Below, one piece after another: positions 61,221 through 64,000 of a DNA stretch of 64,000 bases; the stretch's first letter is position 1; every line of letters begins with the position of its first letter. The notes under the pieces were generated by a model. The model ran no database searches and was not told the DNA's origin. It was given only the letters and a program-made list of their open reading frames with translations. Source of the DNA: Camelus dromedarius (lineage: Eukaryota); NCBI RefSeq assembly GCF_036321535.1, contig NC_087458.1, positions 9,114,001-9,178,000 of the forward strand, given 5' to 3'. The position numbers and the translations under genes were made by a program.

Positions 61221-64000
61221 ATAAATAAATGAAGTAATAATTTAGGATTTAGGGAAATTAAGTTTCCTTCTTACAGAGGTAGAAAGTTGAACCTGTTTTG
61301 TTTTGGGTTTTGTTTTTAATCTATAACCTAGGGGTGCTGCTACTTCTGATGATGTTGGTCACTCTTACTTCATTAGGCTGTGTGACAATCAAAGAGACCA
61401 TTTAGGTGAGAATGACTTGCCCAGAGTGTGAAGCATCCTCAATATTTTCAAATACAAGGACGATTCCATAGCCTTGTGGGCCTGAAACCCACACTTCTCC
61501 CCAACTGGATGGGGTGATTTGCGTCACCTCAGATGTCTATTTATACCAGCAAAATTGCCTTGATTTCTGTCCAGCCTCTACCTCCTAGATGTTACAAAAA
61601 ATTGAAGCAGAACAGTGCATGGCCTCACTCCCAATGACCTGTTTCCGGAAGCCATACACACCTTTGTCCAGAGACATACTGGGAGGGGCTCTATACACAG
61701 GCATATCCCATTATCAGAGAAAATTAAGTTCTTTTTTTCCCTTGAATTCTTCATTTGATCATCACAAATTGAATACTCATAACTCATTAAGCAAAGAACT
61801 TGGTAACTCAACAACTGAAGATTGTCTGGAATCATTATAATGACTAATGTGGTCTGTGTCCATATGGCATTTAGAGAAGACACAATAAAAAAACGGATCA
61901 TTATATTCAAGGCACTGAGTACTTTGTATGTGCTGGCTTAATCCTCATAAGAGCCCAATGAGTTTAAGCATTTTTTCTCTATAAATGACACAGAAGGCTG
62001 AGTGATTTTTTTTCCCCAAGATCATATATGCAGGAAATTTGGAGTTGGGGTAAAGTCAGATAATTTAGTCCTGCTGGTATCGGAACAAGCTTAATCATTA
62101 TCCCATATGTCCTCCATGGAAATAAGTAGATGTTCATGAGTATAGCTGGACGAACTCACTCGTTCACATAAAAACAAAAGGTTTTTTGTTCTGTTTTGTT
62201 GTGCTGTGTTCCAGCTCATCTGTGAAGAGCAGTCCAATTCAATCCATAGCTCTTTAAAATCTCATTTAAATCTGAGCTGTATGGAGATGGACTACATATG
62301 GTAGGTATGGCTTTGGGCCCGGTCTGAGGGCAGAGGGGGGGCCGCCTCTCTAAACATACCGAGGGTGGCCTCTGATGCTCCTACCGTCAACCTCTGCTCT
62401 TTGATCCCCCTTCCTGTACATAATTTCCTGTCCTTTCCATCATGTTCACAATCTCTAGCCCCTCACCGCAGTGTAGCTTAGCAACATTCTTACACTTGTG
62501 AACATTTCAAATGTTTTTCTCAGGTTCCAAATTGATAATTATAGACCCTTGTATATGAGTTAAAGAGCAGGGTGCTCAGTATGAGATGTTGGAATAAATG
62601 AGCTTTTTGAGATTTTAAGCCAATTGGCCATCTGAAGAAATTCAATATATTTTGAGAGTTCAGGAAACTGAAAAGAATGAATGAAGGATCTGAGGGTATT
62701 GAACCTGAATAAGGAAAACATTTTCATAGAGGTTCCTCTAGAATTTTTGCTTGCCAGTCTTCTGTATTCACTCACGTATCCATCTTTGGATGTTTGCCAA
62801 TAGGCTGGTTACCTTTTGCTTCTGGGCAGGTGTGCTCAGTCCCAGCCACTCTTCAACACAGCTGGATGTTCCATACTTGTCTCTGAGTAATTTGTGGAAT
62901 GGCAGGGAAAGGGTTTTGCAGATGGTGCCCTTAAGCAAGCAAGAGCAGCCTAGCCAGCCCTTATCCCTTAATCATTAAGACACAGCCCCTTAGGACACAT
63001 TGTCATGGTGACCTACCTCTCCCCAACAAGACTGTGTCCAAGTCACCTCAGGGACCATTTGTTCTAGGGCATACATGATACAATGAAAGAACAAAGCCTG
63101 GAGGGACATAGCCCTGGAGGGAAGTAGAATAAAGTCCTTGCCTTGAGTACATTGCCAGAGTGTCATCCATGTGGTGCTTCTGCAAACTCCATTTTCAGAG
63201 GTGAAGCTGTTAGTCTGCATTAGTACATAGATATAAAGATAATTCAAGTCTAAAATTCTGTTAAGGAAATAAAAAAATAAAGCAACAGAGTTATGGACAA
63301 ATTAATTCTGGCAGACTCTTTAGATTATTAAATATCATGGAGAAAATATTATTTGTCAAACTCCACTCACCTTTGCATTTATATCACTTATCTGTGTATA
63401 TGTGTGAGGAAGAGATTCTTTATTTCCCATCCATAAGTCTACAGGCTTCAATGAGGAAAGCATCCTCTCTTGTTCGCCGCTTTTTACATCATCTCAGGGA
63501 GCATACAGAAAAGACCTCAGGATAATTGGATGAGGATAGGCAGAGGAGTAATTTCAGATTCCTGATTCCTGATGCAAATCTGAATCCATTTTTGAAAATG
63601 ACATCCGTCATTTTTCCTCATAAACCTGTGTTTCCTGACTGCAATTTATGTACAGTTAGCCCCTTTATTTCTCAATCTACTAGAGTTGTCATAAATGGAG
63701 TAGGTTGTCTCCCAGGGTATGTGTTAATATCCTTATCATGGGACGTGTTGAAGAGGCCAACAGCATCCTGCTCAGGATGCAATACAGGGCAGGTAGCACA
63801 CTGCAACAGAAGTAAGTTTCACTCCTCTCTGCGATAACATTCAGTGTTCCCACGGTATAATCGGGTTAGAAACAATCGTCTTTACAACAGATTAAATGAT
63901 GCTATAAGCAGTAGGAGAATTACAGTGATCTTTGAAATTTTAGCCTGAAGCAGTGAGCAGATGCTAACCCACAAGGAGGGACAACATGAGAACACCAGTG

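Overview
AT-rich mammalian genomic DNA with three short assembly gaps, containing a class II olfactory receptor (OR) cluster syntenic with human 1q23.1. In order: OR10K2 (-), a truncated OR10-family pseudogene (-), OR10K1 (+), an intact OR10R-subfamily gene (+), a frameshifted and truncated OR10R pseudogene (+), OR6Y1 (-) and OR6P1 (-). The intergenic DNA is mostly L1, L2, MIR, MaLR/ERVL and MER5 relics. The young L1 3' ends, together with no recognisable ruminant, pig or primate SINEs, suggest a camelid, but this is inference only. Three things stand out. (1) The head-to-head OR10K2/OR10K1 pair shares 457 of its first 458 coding nt and then diverges abruptly, with a GC3 step, which points to a half-gene conversion tract. 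(2) A gapless 213-bp-arm, about 96%-identical inverted repeat lies in the probable OR10K1 5' intron. (3) A cluster of homeodomain plus O/E(Ebf)-like sites at about 30.9-31.3 kb could be an OR enhancer or promoter. Gene names rest on recalled human protein sequences and gene order, repeat names on recalled consensus motifs, and all counts were done by hand; no database search was run.
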